IMG/VR virus record: IMGVR_UViG_3300045988_096127
Coordinates: 1 to 42,742 of that record
Reading direction: 5' to 3' (one strand)
From: a virus
DNA length: 42,742 nt
Position 1 is the stretch's first letter. Every line of letters begins with the position of its first letter. The position numbers were made by a program, and so were the translations under genes. Under the pieces are notes generated by a model that did not search any database, was not told where the DNA came from, and worked only from the letters and a program-made list of their open reading frames with translations. Below, piece after piece: positions 16,101-24,847 of this stretch.

Positions 16101-17765
16101 TTATTTATTTCTTTTATAGATTTTCACAATCTCCTGATTCTTTACCAAAATAATTATATCAACAAATGCCGTATTTCTTGAGCTATAAATTCCTTGCATC
16201 TGTTGCTCTATCTCATCCATGCTTAGTGCAGTTTTGTCAGCACATATAACAAAATTATTTGCTTGTTTCTTTTTCGATTTTACCATCCCATACAACGTAT
16301 TTTTTCCATTTCCAAGGGGAGTTTTCAAATCAAATTTTATTCCATCTATCAGGTAATCCGGTGTCTGTATATTTTGAGGGAACGTTATCCTTGGAACCAT
16401 CTTTATATCTTTCCCAGTTCCTTTTGCAATAATATTTGCAATTTCTTTTTCATGTTCCGAATAATCCAACAGCACTCTCTTTCCATCAACTTTGAAAGCT
16501 TCACCATTTACAAAATATTCCTGTAAATCCTCTACTTTACCAATTTTATTATCTTTCCCTATCCAAGATGCAGTTTTATCAACTGGAATCCCAAAGAAAT
16601 TCTGCTCCCGTTTTTTGTCAGTATATTCTTGTATGTTTTCTGTTTTGGTCTTAAATTTTACATGTTTCCACTCCTTTTCCGCTCCATATCGTGGTTGGAA
16701 ACTGTTTGACACAAAGTCCGCATCACCATTAACAAACGATTTTTTCCACTCCTCAAACGTCGTATCTGCCGGCACATAGTAGGTCTTTCCATCCTCGCCA
16801 CGGGCAGCACGTTCGCCCACACTGTCAAATTCATCATCAAAATAAGGGCATGTACAGCCACGGCAATTCGGATGAAATGGCGGTACGGTAACACCAATCT
16901 TATAATCTTTCATTTGAAAATGTTTTCCATCCATCTCTCCACATGTATCACACGTATTGCTATCTAAGGTCTCAACCACTTGAAACTCTTCCACACCAAG
17001 ATCAGAAAAACATGATTCCTGTGCCTTTGCAGAAAAAGCCGCCGATTCCGTCTGAACAATCCTCGCCGCCTGTGACCTGCTCACTTTCATGTTCTTGGAT
17101 ATTTCCTGTATAGCTCTATCCGGTGATTCCCCTGTAATACACATTCGAGTTAAAGAATCATGCATACTGTTAATTAGTCTTGTTTTGTCCGTCCAAACAC
17201 GATCTGAAAAGTTACGTCCATCAACAGCCCACGGTTTATGTATAATATCACTGACTTTCTCTGAATTAAAATTCTGCATCTGCCAGCCAACACCCATACC
17301 TCGCTGTACTTCAAATGCTGTGTGATAATATCCAGATGTATAAAGATTTGTAATATGCTCATCTATGGAATCATGATAATTTCCGTACAATTTTTCAAAT
17401 TCCTGCTGTGTCTGTAACTTAAGTGCCTCCAATCTGCTGATATGTACCTTTGCCGAAGCATTCTCAAGTTCTTTCATCCACTGCTGATTGATACCGTTTT
17501 CTTCTCCATATTTAATATAATCCTGTACATCCCACTTAAACTCTTCCAGCTCATCACTGTTGAGCAATTTTCTTGCCTCTATCATTGAAATTTTGTTATT
17601 GGATGCAAATCTCTGATACCAAGCATTAATTTTTCCGTCTAATACTTGTTCCGTACGCCGAAACTCCTGCTCGATACTCTGCATGGTCTGAACGGATGTG
17701 TCATGCTGCGCTTCTTCCAACTGCTGGAAACGTTCCTGCCAATATTCACTTGTCCGCTTTTCCAT
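16101..17765 (-). CDS. Head morphogenesis protein, SPP1 gp7/Mu F family, with a ~210-aa C-terminal extension
   Basis: 'TCDTCGEMDGKHF...PPFHPNCRGCTCPY' is the MuF signature. The C-terminal extension carries 'EHEKE...PDYLIDGIKFDLK', a PD-(D/E)xK-like motif. Confidence 0.85.
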   Translation of the reverse strand: MEKRTSEYWQERFQQLEEAQHDTSVQTMQSIEQEFRRTEQVLDGKINAWYQRFASNNKISMIEARKLLNSDELEEFKWDVQDYIKYGEENGINQQWMKELENASAKVHISRLEALKLQTQQEFEKLYGNYHDSIDEHITNLYTSGYYHTAFEVQRGMGVGWQMQNFNSEKVSDIIHKPWAVDGRNFSDRVWTDKTRLINSMHDSLTRMCITGESPDRAIQEISKNMKVSRSQAARIVQTESAAFSAKAQESCFSDLGVEEFQVVETLDSNTCDTCGEMDGKHFQMKDYKIGVTVPPFHPNCRGCTCPYFDDEFDSVGERAARGEDGKTYYVPADTTFEEWKKSFVNGDADFVSNSFQPRYGAEKEWKHVKFKTKTENIQEYTDKKREQNFFGIPVDKTASWIGKDNKIGKVEDLQEYFVNGEAFKVDGKRVLLDYSEHEKEIANIIAKGTGKDIKMVPRITFPQNIQTPDYLIDGIKFDLKTPLGNGKNTLYGMVKSKKKQANNFVICADKTALSMDEIEQQMQGIYSSRNTAFVDIIILVKNQEIVKIYKRNK

Positions 17766-17779
17766 GCAATCACCTCATT

Positions 17780-18139
17780 TCATAAAATCCCCAACTCTTT
17801 ATATACTGTTGCAATCTTCGGAAACTGAATTGCTATCCAATCAACCATCGTTTCTTCATGCCCAGCGTGCGGAGTATGTTCAAAATTATCTTTCAATCCA
17901 CTTTCATTCAAAAATGCATGAATAATTTCATGGCGCAAGCAGCTCTTAAAGTACGCATCTTTTTCTTCGTCATTGCGAAACCAAAAATGCTCTTCATCAT
18001 CTAAATCTGCTATAACGATCAGTGGGATTTCGCTACAACAGTAACCAGCCCACGAATTTTGGCTTAATTCTTTATCTTCTGACCATTTATGTATTTCTAT
18101 TTGATATTCCGTCCCCAGAATCATCACTGTTTGCTTCAT
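17780..18139 (-). CDS. Small HExxH protein (putative zinc metallopeptidase-like)
   Basis: Contains 'LRHEIIHAFLNESG'. The start was moved to 'MKQTVMILG', which has GGTGAGGAG 8 nt upstream. It overlaps the portal 3' end by 53 nt in another frame. Confidence 0.6.
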   Translation of the reverse strand: MKQTVMILGTEYQIEIHKWSEDKELSQNSWAGYCCSEIPLIVIADLDDEEHFWFRNDEEKDAYFKSCLRHEIIHAFLNESGLKDNFEHTPHAGHEETMVDWIAIQFPKIATVYKELGIL

Positions 18140-19523
18140 TAATTTTCTCCTCACCTTTTGAATTAAAAGCTCCAACATAAGCATCTGCTTTCTCTTGTGC
18201 TTCCTGTGCTTCTTTTTCTAACTGTTTTAATTCTGCGTCCGCATCCTCAACAAGTGGATGATTTTTAAGGATTGTCTTTTTACTTACAATTCCGACCGAA
18301 TCCTTGCAAATCTGTGCCTGTTCCGCGTCATTCTTTACACAAGTGCGGGACCATGTCTGAATGATTTTCTTACAATCAATCACTTCATGTCGGCATATCG
18401 CTCTTACCAGACGTGCAAACCCAAGCTGAAACTCCGTTTCCGTCAACCCAGCTTTCATCTCCAGCAATGAATACATGAATTTAAGAGCTTCTCCGCTCTG
18501 ATTCCCAAAATTCTCCGGCTGTGGATCAAATCCCTGCCCTTGTTCAAAAATAGCCTTTCTGGTGGCTTCCAACACGCTGTTACGTGCTTCAATCGGTATT
18601 TCAATGTTGAGCGTGCTCACTCCCGGATTACTTCCATCATCTCCATCAACCTTGATAGTTTTGTATTTTTTCAAGTCTGATAAAAACGTGTCGAGATCAG
18701 TTCCGCCATACCCAGACAGTACAAATATCAATTCCTGTATATCATCCAAATCATTAATAAAACCGCTGTAGACCTTGTCGTAAACGTCTATCAGCGGTTT
18801 TATATTTTTCAGATCGTTTGTATTCGTGTTGTTGTTCGGGAATGGAATAAAAGGCACCTCTCCGAATTCATGCCGATATTCTGCGACAAAATCGCCGGTA
18901 TCCGGCACCATGAAAGTGTTATAGTAGAACAGCCCATCTTCTAAAGTGTCGCCACACTTCCGCCGGAACGTCCAACAACTTTCCTTATCCCAGTATTCAT
19001 AAATTGTATAGGTATCTCCTGTTTCCTCGTCGATTTCATCATACACACGAAGAACACCGAGCAGTTTCTTTTTCAAATCGTGTGATTCAATCGGAATAAT
19101 CTGCTTGCTGTCGACTACCGCCCACTGGAATGTCTCATCTTCATCCTCCCAGTAATGAATCCATCCCACCGATGCATTGGAAGCATTTACGCACAGCTCC
19201 ATGCAGTTTTTCCGGTATTCATCACCGAGTACTTCTGTCACGACTTCATTTCCATGCTCATTCCCAATATCAAAAAGTGGCGGTGCTGTAAACATATATG
19301 CGGCCTTTTGATTGACAATAAGTCCGTGGAAGTTCCTCGGAATCCGGTTATCTGCATTACGCAACGGATTATCTGCATCCTCTTTTCTCTCATCACTAAT
19401 TTTATTAATTAAAATATCCGTTTCATTCCGGTAATACCTCTCTGCCTGCATAGCATTAAAGGAAAACTTTGTATGTCCCGGTTCATATTTTCTTATGAGT
19501 TTTTTCATAACCTCAAGTTCCAT
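18087..19523 (-). CDS. Portal protein (SPP1 gp6-like)
   Basis: 478 aa, immediately after TerL. It has 'AERYYRNETDIL' and an acidic C-terminus typical of SPP1-type portals. Confidence 0.9.
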   Translation of the reverse strand: MELEVMKKLIRKYEPGHTKFSFNAMQAERYYRNETDILINKISDERKEDADNPLRNADNRIPRNFHGLIVNQKAAYMFTAPPLFDIGNEHGNEVVTEVLGDEYRKNCMELCVNASNASVGWIHYWEDEDETFQWAVVDSKQIIPIESHDLKKKLLGVLRVYDEIDEETGDTYTIYEYWDKESCWTFRRKCGDTLEDGLFYYNTFMVPDTGDFVAEYRHEFGEVPFIPFPNNNTNTNDLKNIKPLIDVYDKVYSGFINDLDDIQELIFVLSGYGGTDLDTFLSDLKKYKTIKVDGDDGSNPGVSTLNIEIPIEARNSVLEATRKAIFEQGQGFDPQPENFGNQSGEALKFMYSLLEMKAGLTETEFQLGFARLVRAICRHEVIDCKKIIQTWSRTCVKNDAEQAQICKDSVGIVSKKTILKNHPLVEDADAELKQLEKEAQEAQEKADAYVGAFNSKGEEKINEANSDDSGDGISNRNT

Positions 19524-19533
19524 GTTCTCACCT

Positions 19534-20814
19534 CTATTTCAAAATGCTGATACCGCCCGGCTTGCGAATAATCGTATAACAGAAATACCGAAGAGCATCC
19601 ATCGCATGATCGTGCTGCTTTACCGGTTTATCCTCGCCACGCTCAGATGCTTTCTGGTCCCAGATATACGACCCAAACTCTTTGATCGTATTCGGGCACT
19701 GGTCACTGATGGCGATTTTCTCCTGATTCAGCAGCGATGCCACAAACCGGATTCCATCCAACACATCATTTTTTGCTTTCTTGATCGCATAGCCTCGTTT
19801 TTTCAACTCTGCAATGAAGGACGCTGCCGATGGATCTATAATGATCTTCACCGGCTTTATATCACCAAGCCACCGCTCCAGATCATCCGCATACTCACTA
19901 TCCGTTTTCTGCCTTTCCTCATCTCGGCCGGAATAATAATACTCGCGGCAGCACACCCACCGCCCAGAACGTTCTTTGCACCACAACAGGAATACTGTTG
20001 CATTCTGTGTACCATAGTCACAGGACACATAATAATTTGCATTGACCAGATCAGCCGTGCTGGAAATCACATGCTTGGCAGTGTCGAACATATCGTAAAT
20101 AATGCCCTCTGCCATCGCCCATAGTCCAAGGATGTACCGGCGGTAGAACACACCTGTGTACATGCCATGGTATCGTTCCTTGATTTTCTCCGACAGACTC
20201 AAGTTATCATCCATCGTGAAATGCAGATACAACAGATGCTTTTCTTCTCTCTTATCAATCCATCCGGTCTTGAACCAATGATACGGTCCATCCGGGTTGC
20301 AGTTGAACCAATACTTCGAACCATCAACAGAACATCGTCCGGTTGCCTGGTTCACGAAGCTTTCCGGCATCAACGCAACTTCATCAAAAAATACCCCAGC
20401 CAAGGTAATACCCTGAATGAGATCCTGTGATCGTTCGTCTTTGCCGCCAAATATATAGAAATAATTGGTCACATCTCCTTTTGTGATGATTACCAAATTG
20501 TCAGCCCTGTGATCTGCCACCGTATAACCGCGACTTCGCAGCATCAGCTTAAGCCAAAATAATACATTTCTGCGGAAAGAACCGATTGTCTTGCCGCACA
20601 TACCAAAATTTTCGCCGTCAAATGTGCTCATCGCCCACATAACAAACGATAGCGACATACTCACCGTCTTGCCAGATCGAATAGCACCATCTGCGATAAT
20701 ACCATCCTTATCTTTAACCGGAGAATCTTCACACCACCAGTTCAATACCTTGCGCTGCTTCTTGGAAAATGGCTTGAACTTGAAAACCCGCTTAATCTTA
20801 CTGATTCTCTTCAT
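19534..20814 (-). CDS. terL: Terminase large subunit (PBSX-type)
   Basis: Walker A motif 'DGAIRSGKT', 'FSKKQRKVLNWW', and a C-terminal nuclease-like 'HDHAMDALRY'. The start was taken at 'MKRISKIK'. Confidence 0.9.
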   Translation of the reverse strand: MKRISKIKRVFKFKPFSKKQRKVLNWWCEDSPVKDKDGIIADGAIRSGKTVSMSLSFVMWAMSTFDGENFGMCGKTIGSFRRNVLFWLKLMLRSRGYTVADHRADNLVIITKGDVTNYFYIFGGKDERSQDLIQGITLAGVFFDEVALMPESFVNQATGRCSVDGSKYWFNCNPDGPYHWFKTGWIDKREEKHLLYLHFTMDDNLSLSEKIKERYHGMYTGVFYRRYILGLWAMAEGIIYDMFDTAKHVISSTADLVNANYYVSCDYGTQNATVFLLWCKERSGRWVCCREYYYSGRDEERQKTDSEYADDLERWLGDIKPVKIIIDPSAASFIAELKKRGYAIKKAKNDVLDGIRFVASLLNQEKIAISDQCPNTIKEFGSYIWDQKASERGEDKPVKQHDHAMDALRYFCYTIIRKPGGISILK

Positions 20815-21655
20815 CACCCCAGTCCTCCGCGGCAGTACCATTCAAAGCTTCAAGGAATCCATCATCTGCAACCTCATCGCCGTCATCTGTCTGAACTTTG
20901 GCTTTCAGTAATGCAATCTCTGCTTTCTGCTTCTCAGTGGCAAGATCCATGTGATCCGAAAGCCACTGCAAAGCTTTCATCCGGTCAGCAAGTTTTACCT
21001 TTACGCCGTCCTTGCCTTTGGACACTTCTGAAATAATCGTTCCGTCCACATCCGCATCATTCTTGATATTGACATGGCTTACTGTGATAGTCTTTCGTTC
21101 TCCAGTGTCCAGGATCACATCTACATCCTCATTTCCAAACTCCACAAAATCAGTCACATCGGCAAAAGCAATGTCCATATACTTCTGGAAGATGTCTGAC
21201 TCACTCAGGAACTCCCTGTTGAGACGTTCTTGTTTCAACCTGAAAATTTCATCTTTTATCCTAGCATTTCCGAGCAGTCTAGGACCATTTACCACGGCAG
21301 TCGCATAATCAACATCATACGCTTTCTGATATGCCTTGGTGGCATTAAAGCAACGAATATAATAAATGCAAAAAAGCTGTTGCTTATCAGTCAAATCAGC
21401 GTTTTGTATCACCGCTTCTACTTCATCTGCAACAGACTCTTTTTTTACTTTCTTTGTTTGTTTATTTTCTTTCGCAACGTTGCGTTTATTTTTTTGCAAC
21501 GTTGCATTCGTTTCGCCATTCCATTTGTACCGGTTTTTCCAACTTCGTACCGTTCCCTCTGCTACTCCTAGTTGATTTGCAATATCTATTAGCTTAAGCC
21601 CTTGCTTATACATTTCAAAGGCTTTGTCCGCTCTCGCATCTTTTGCCTTTGGCAA
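20798..21655 (-). CDS. terS: Terminase small subunit (N-terminal HTH plus Terminase_2-like domain)
   Basis: 'LIDIANQLGVAEGTVRSWKNRYKW' and 'LTDKQQLFCIYYIRCFNATKAYQKAYDVDYATAVVNGPRLL'. The start codon is TTG. Confidence 0.85.
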   Translation of the reverse strand: MPKAKDARADKAFEMYKQGLKLIDIANQLGVAEGTVRSWKNRYKWNGETNATLQKNKRNVAKENKQTKKVKKESVADEVEAVIQNADLTDKQQLFCIYYIRCFNATKAYQKAYDVDYATAVVNGPRLLGNARIKDEIFRLKQERLNREFLSESDIFQKYMDIAFADVTDFVEFGNEDVDVILDTGERKTITVSHVNIKNDADVDGTIISEVSKGKDGVKVKLADRMKALQWLSDHMDLATEKQKAEIALLKAKVQTDDGDEVADDGFLEALNGTAAEDWGDEENQ

Positions 21656-21729
21656 GGACCATCACCACCATTTCTTTTATCAGTATCCCTCAAATAACTT
21701 AGGGGGAATAGGACGCCATCCGACGCCCA

Positions 21730-21766
21730 TAAAAAAAGCGTAAGCAGATTCTTCTCTACTTGCGCT
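21730..21766 (-). terminator. Strong intrinsic terminator between the late activator gene and terS
   Basis: On the minus strand: AGCGCAAGUAGA-gaagaa-UCUGCUUACGCU (11 of 12 positions paired) followed by U7. Confidence 0.7.
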
Positions 21767-21800
21767 CTTTTCATTTTATATATTATCACGAATATATGTA

Positions 21801-22268
21801 TCATTGTGTATCATCTTTATCAGATTCCTCATTTTCTATCATCAGTTGATAGTATACTCCTGTTGGATTGAAGTTTTTTAATGCATTAGCATGAATCCGG
21901 TGAATTTGTGCCCACTGATACCCCATATGCACACAAATCTTTTCCCAGCTGTACCGACGAAGATACCGATATGTTAATACCTCTCTTTCTGTCTCATTTT
22001 CCATCTTTTCAATATCTGCAAATATTTCTGCATATAGATCAATACGTTTGTATCTGGCAGCTATTAGCTTATTTATCAGTTCGTCCAACTTTGCCATATA
22101 ATCAGACAGATCTGTTTTATTATGTGCATGCGGCATATCATCCATAATAACAGACGGCATCATTTTATCCAGTCGCAATTGTTCTATTTCTTCCTCTATA
22201 CGTTTGGCTGCATTTATGGATGGAATATATGATTGTAAGTACGCCTTTTTCAAATCGTTATTGTTCAC
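21801..22268 (-). CDS. Late-gene transcriptional activator, sigma-70 region-4-like (ArpU/RinA/DUF1492 type)
   Basis: 'EREVLTYRYLRRYSWEKICVHMGYQWAQIHRIHANALKNF'. It lies immediately upstream of terS. The GTG start has AGGGGGAAATAAA upstream. Confidence 0.7.
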   Translation of the reverse strand: MNNNDLKKAYLQSYIPSINAAKRIEEEIEQLRLDKMMPSVIMDDMPHAHNKTDLSDYMAKLDELINKLIAARYKRIDLYAEIFADIEKMENETEREVLTYRYLRRYSWEKICVHMGYQWAQIHRIHANALKNFNPTGVYYQLMIENEESDKDDTQ

Positions 22269-22341
22269 TTTATTTCCCCCTGGTATTTCTTTTAACAAAA
22301 TTTTATCACGTACTTACATATTGTTTGTGCCAACTTTAAGG

Positions 22342-22377
22342 CAAAAAATACCAACCATCGTAATTGGTGGTTGGTAT
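22342..22377 (-). terminator. Intrinsic terminator after the AbiJ-like gene
   Basis: On the minus strand: ATACCAACCA-loop-TGGTTGGTAT (10 bp) followed by TTTTTTGCC. Confidence 0.7.
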
Positions 22378-22395
22378 TAATGGAATCATATTTTT

Positions 22396-23262
22396 TTATT
22401 TTGCAGATACTCCTATCAAATAATTTATAAATGCACTGCACGATACTAACATAAACTTTGCCTCATCGAATGTTGATGATGGACCACCTATATCTCCTGC
22501 ATGGCGGATACCATTCGCATCGCTCGTATATCCGTAAAGAATATTGAATGCAGATTTTAAAGCTTTGTGAATTACCACTCCGCTATCTTCAATTTTCTTT
22601 AGCATATTACCTAGTGTAGCTTCTTTCCCATTTACTCCCGTAAGTATTTTACAAATAGCTTCAACAGCACTTATGCTTTCTTTAATTGAGTTTTCATAAT
22701 CCGGATTTTCTCTATTAGATAAAAAACCAACCGCTTTAGATATGTGTGTATTAACAATACTATATGGACTATCTGCAGCCTTATTTATTGCTTCAATTTC
22801 ATTCTCATCTGTGATTGGAACAATAATTTCATTTACAAAACGATATCCAACGTACTCATTTTTAAATATAGTGTTATAGTCCTCAGCATATTCATCTTTC
22901 TTCCAGGAATTCATTTGTTTCATTTTCTGAACTATAAATTCAATAAGTGAAAAAACCTCATCATATGTATTTTCACGAATAGTTTGATATATTATTTCCT
23001 TAACATTTTTCTCATCACAGATTTGTGAACAATCAAATTCAAACGCAAATACCTGAATTATTATTGACTTGTAAAATGTCTGTGTTCTCTGGAAATCAAC
23101 ATCGTTCAAAACAATGCTTGTCATGTTAATCAGCATTGCCCTCGTTCTATCATCTAATGATTCATATTGCATATTTCTATTTTCGATGCTTATATTGTTT
23201 CTGTCTGAAAAACCACCGCGCAATCGAACCTTATAAGTTGGTTTACTATCTGATCTTTTCAT
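22396..23262 (-). CDS. AbiJ-NTD4 / HEPN-like abortive-infection-type protein
   Basis: The N-terminus 'GGFSDRNNISIENRNMQYESLDDRTRAMLINM' and the C-terminus 'SISAVEAICKILTG...LYGYTSDANGIRHAG' match my recollection of AbiJ-NTD4 domain proteins. The start at 'MKRSDSK' has GAGGGGGAA upstream. Confidence 0.6.
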   Translation of the reverse strand: MKRSDSKPTYKVRLRGGFSDRNNISIENRNMQYESLDDRTRAMLINMTSIVLNDVDFQRTQTFYKSIIIQVFAFEFDCSQICDEKNVKEIIYQTIRENTYDEVFSLIEFIVQKMKQMNSWKKDEYAEDYNTIFKNEYVGYRFVNEIIVPITDENEIEAINKAADSPYSIVNTHISKAVGFLSNRENPDYENSIKESISAVEAICKILTGVNGKEATLGNMLKKIEDSGVVIHKALKSAFNILYGYTSDANGIRHAGDIGGPSSTFDEAKFMLVSCSAFINYLIGVSAK

Positions 23263-23286
23263 TTTCGCATTCCCCCTCATACAAAG

Positions 23287-23315
23287 ATTATATCACTGCA
23301 TGAACATTTTTTCAA
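23287..23315 (-). promoter_or_regulatory. Consensus sigma-70 promoter for the AbiJ-like gene (TTGAAA-17-TATAAT)
   Basis: On the minus strand: TTGAAA (23310..23315), a 17-nt spacer, then TATAAT (23287..23292). Confidence 0.6.
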
Positions 23316-23321
23316 AAATTT

Positions 23322-23570
23322 CTACTCCCTTCCCCATACAATCATATACTGTCCGTTCTTTTCTTCTACCAGATGACACATCCTCTGACGCATTAACCTC
23401 TGTGCCATGCTGCGTCTCCGGTAAAAACTCCGCCTGCTGATCGGGAGAATACCATAATGAGCCTCAAGCATATCATAGGACACTTTATGTATTATGGATT
23501 CTGTTAATTCTCTGGCTATGAAGCTGTCAACCTCATTACAGATCTCATACGTTTCTTTTTCACTCATCAT
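23322..23570 (-). CDS. Small hypothetical protein (possible DNA-binding; Arg-rich 'RRSFYRRRSMAQRLMRQR')
   Basis: ORF with AAGGGGGA 7 nt upstream of the third Met. No confident family assignment. Confidence 0.55.
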   Translation of the reverse strand: MMSEKETYEICNEVDSFIARELTESIIHKVSYDMLEAHYGILPISRRSFYRRRSMAQRLMRQRMCHLVEEKNGQYMIVWGRE

Positions 23571-23689
23571 GCACATTCCCCCTTTCGTGCAAGCTGTTTA
23601 TGTATTATGCAACATTATAACATATGTTCCACTCGTTTTATAAGCTTTTATTATAATCTAATGCAACATTTTGGTTTATATATTGTTTT

Positions 23690-23744
23690 CAAAAATAAAA
23701 AAGAGCCGGACATACAAGACATTAAGTCTCATATATTCGGCTCT
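23690..23744 (-). terminator. Hairpin plus U-tract after ORF 23784..24338
   Basis: On the minus strand: AGAGCCG ... CGGCTCT followed by TTTTTTATTTTT. The loop is large, with an inner GAGAC..GTCT(T) stem. Confidence 0.5.
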
Positions 23745-23783
23745 ACGGCGCTAACTTATACAACTATTATATCATACATAGTC

Positions 23784-24338
23784 TTACTTTTCATCTTTTA
23801 ATAGTTTTGATACATTTTCTCCTACTAAGGAAATTTTTTTTCTTATCTCTTCTTGAAATTCTGATGTGCTACTATTTATCTTTTTTACCTGCTGTCCTTC
23901 CTGTTCCATGCAGTTCTCCTTGCATGTTTCACGAAGATCACTCATAAATTTCCCGGTCAAATGTCTAATCTCTTCTGGGGCAAATTCTATACATAGCGCT
24001 TTTAACACGCTACTATATGTCCCTATTCCTACTAAACATTTTTCCATCATTGCATTTGCTTCCCAGTTAAATTCCCTATGACTTGTAATAAACTTTTCTG
24101 TATCGGAAGAGCATACGCACTCAACAGCTTTATCTGAAACAATATACGCTAACATTTCTAATTCGCTCAGCCAGCCAATACATTCTTTCAAATATTGCAG
24201 CTTTAGCTCCTGTCTCTTATATTTGGCGTTTTGTTTTCTCTCGTCATGTAACGTTATTATTAGAATTATAAATGGTGCCAAAACTTCAACAATTCTCCAT
24301 ATTGTATCATCTTTACAAAGACATTGAGTAATTTCCAT
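23784..24338 (-). CDS. Hypothetical membrane-anchored protein (one N-terminal TM helix)
   Basis: 184 aa with the TM segment 'IVEVLAPFIILIITL'. No family recognised. Located in the accessory island. Confidence 0.6.
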   Translation of the reverse strand: MEITQCLCKDDTIWRIVEVLAPFIILIITLHDERKQNAKYKRQELKLQYLKECIGWLSELEMLAYIVSDKAVECVCSSDTEKFITSHREFNWEANAMMEKCLVGIGTYSSVLKALCIEFAPEEIRHLTGKFMSDLRETCKENCMEQEGQQVKKINSSTSEFQEEIRKKISLVGENVSKLLKDEK

Positions 24339-24426
24339 TTTTTCTCTTATTCCTTCCTCTAAAACTACCCAGTATATGTATAAAAACTTTCCGACATCGA
24401 ATATTGACGATTAATAGATAGATGCA

Positions 24427-24786
24427 TTAATAAGGAGCTATCCATTGATCTCCCTCTTTTAAATTTTGAGGTTCTTCATCTGAAAAAATCACATCTGGCT
24501 TATTTTTCGTTTTTTTTGCCACAACATCCTCTGCCAGCTCCTTTGTATCTCTATATCCAAGTCCATTATTATTTATCGTTTGAGCAACTTGTGAATTACT
24601 TATTTCAAGATTTTCGATTTTTGTCTTTAAATCTCCAAATTGAATTTTAAGTTCATTTGCTTCTTTTATCTCTTTTCCTCCAATTAAACCAACGAAAAGA
24701 CCAATAATTGAAACAATCAATCCAAGTGAACCTACAATGTTATCAAAATTTCCAAGACAGTCATTTATCTTTACTAATATTTCCAT
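24427..24786 (-). CDS. Hypothetical membrane protein (TM helix plus coiled coil)
   Basis: 119 aa with the TM segment 'IVGSLGLIVSIIGLFVGLIGG'. It has its own promoter upstream. Confidence 0.6.
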   Translation of the reverse strand: MEILVKINDCLGNFDNIVGSLGLIVSIIGLFVGLIGGKEIKEANELKIQFGDLKTKIENLEISNSQVAQTINNNGLGYRDTKELAEDVVAKKTKNKPDVIFSDEEPQNLKEGDQWIAPY

Positions 24787-24818
24787 TCACAATCCTCTTT
24801 TCATTTGCATTTTGTATC

Positions 24819-24847
24819 ATTATACATCCACAACCGCCAATATTCAA
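24819..24847 (-). promoter_or_regulatory. Sigma-70-like promoter (TTGAAT-17-TATAAT, with TG-extended -10)
   Basis: The minus strand reads TTGAAT at 24842..24847 and TGTATAAT ending at 24819. Confidence 0.5.

Noticed and set aside
15874-16119. 81-aa plus-strand ORF in the MuF-scaffold gap, considered as a possible immunity gene
   Set aside because: It is on the wrong strand for operon expression, has no RBS or promoter, has an aromatic/Cys-rich low-complexity sequence, and overlaps the MuF stop. I treat the interval as non-coding and structured instead.
21589-21804. 71-aa minus-strand ORF spanning the late-activator/terS gap
   Set aside because: It runs straight through the strong intrinsic terminator hairpin and overlaps the terS 5' end in another frame. 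There is no RBS.
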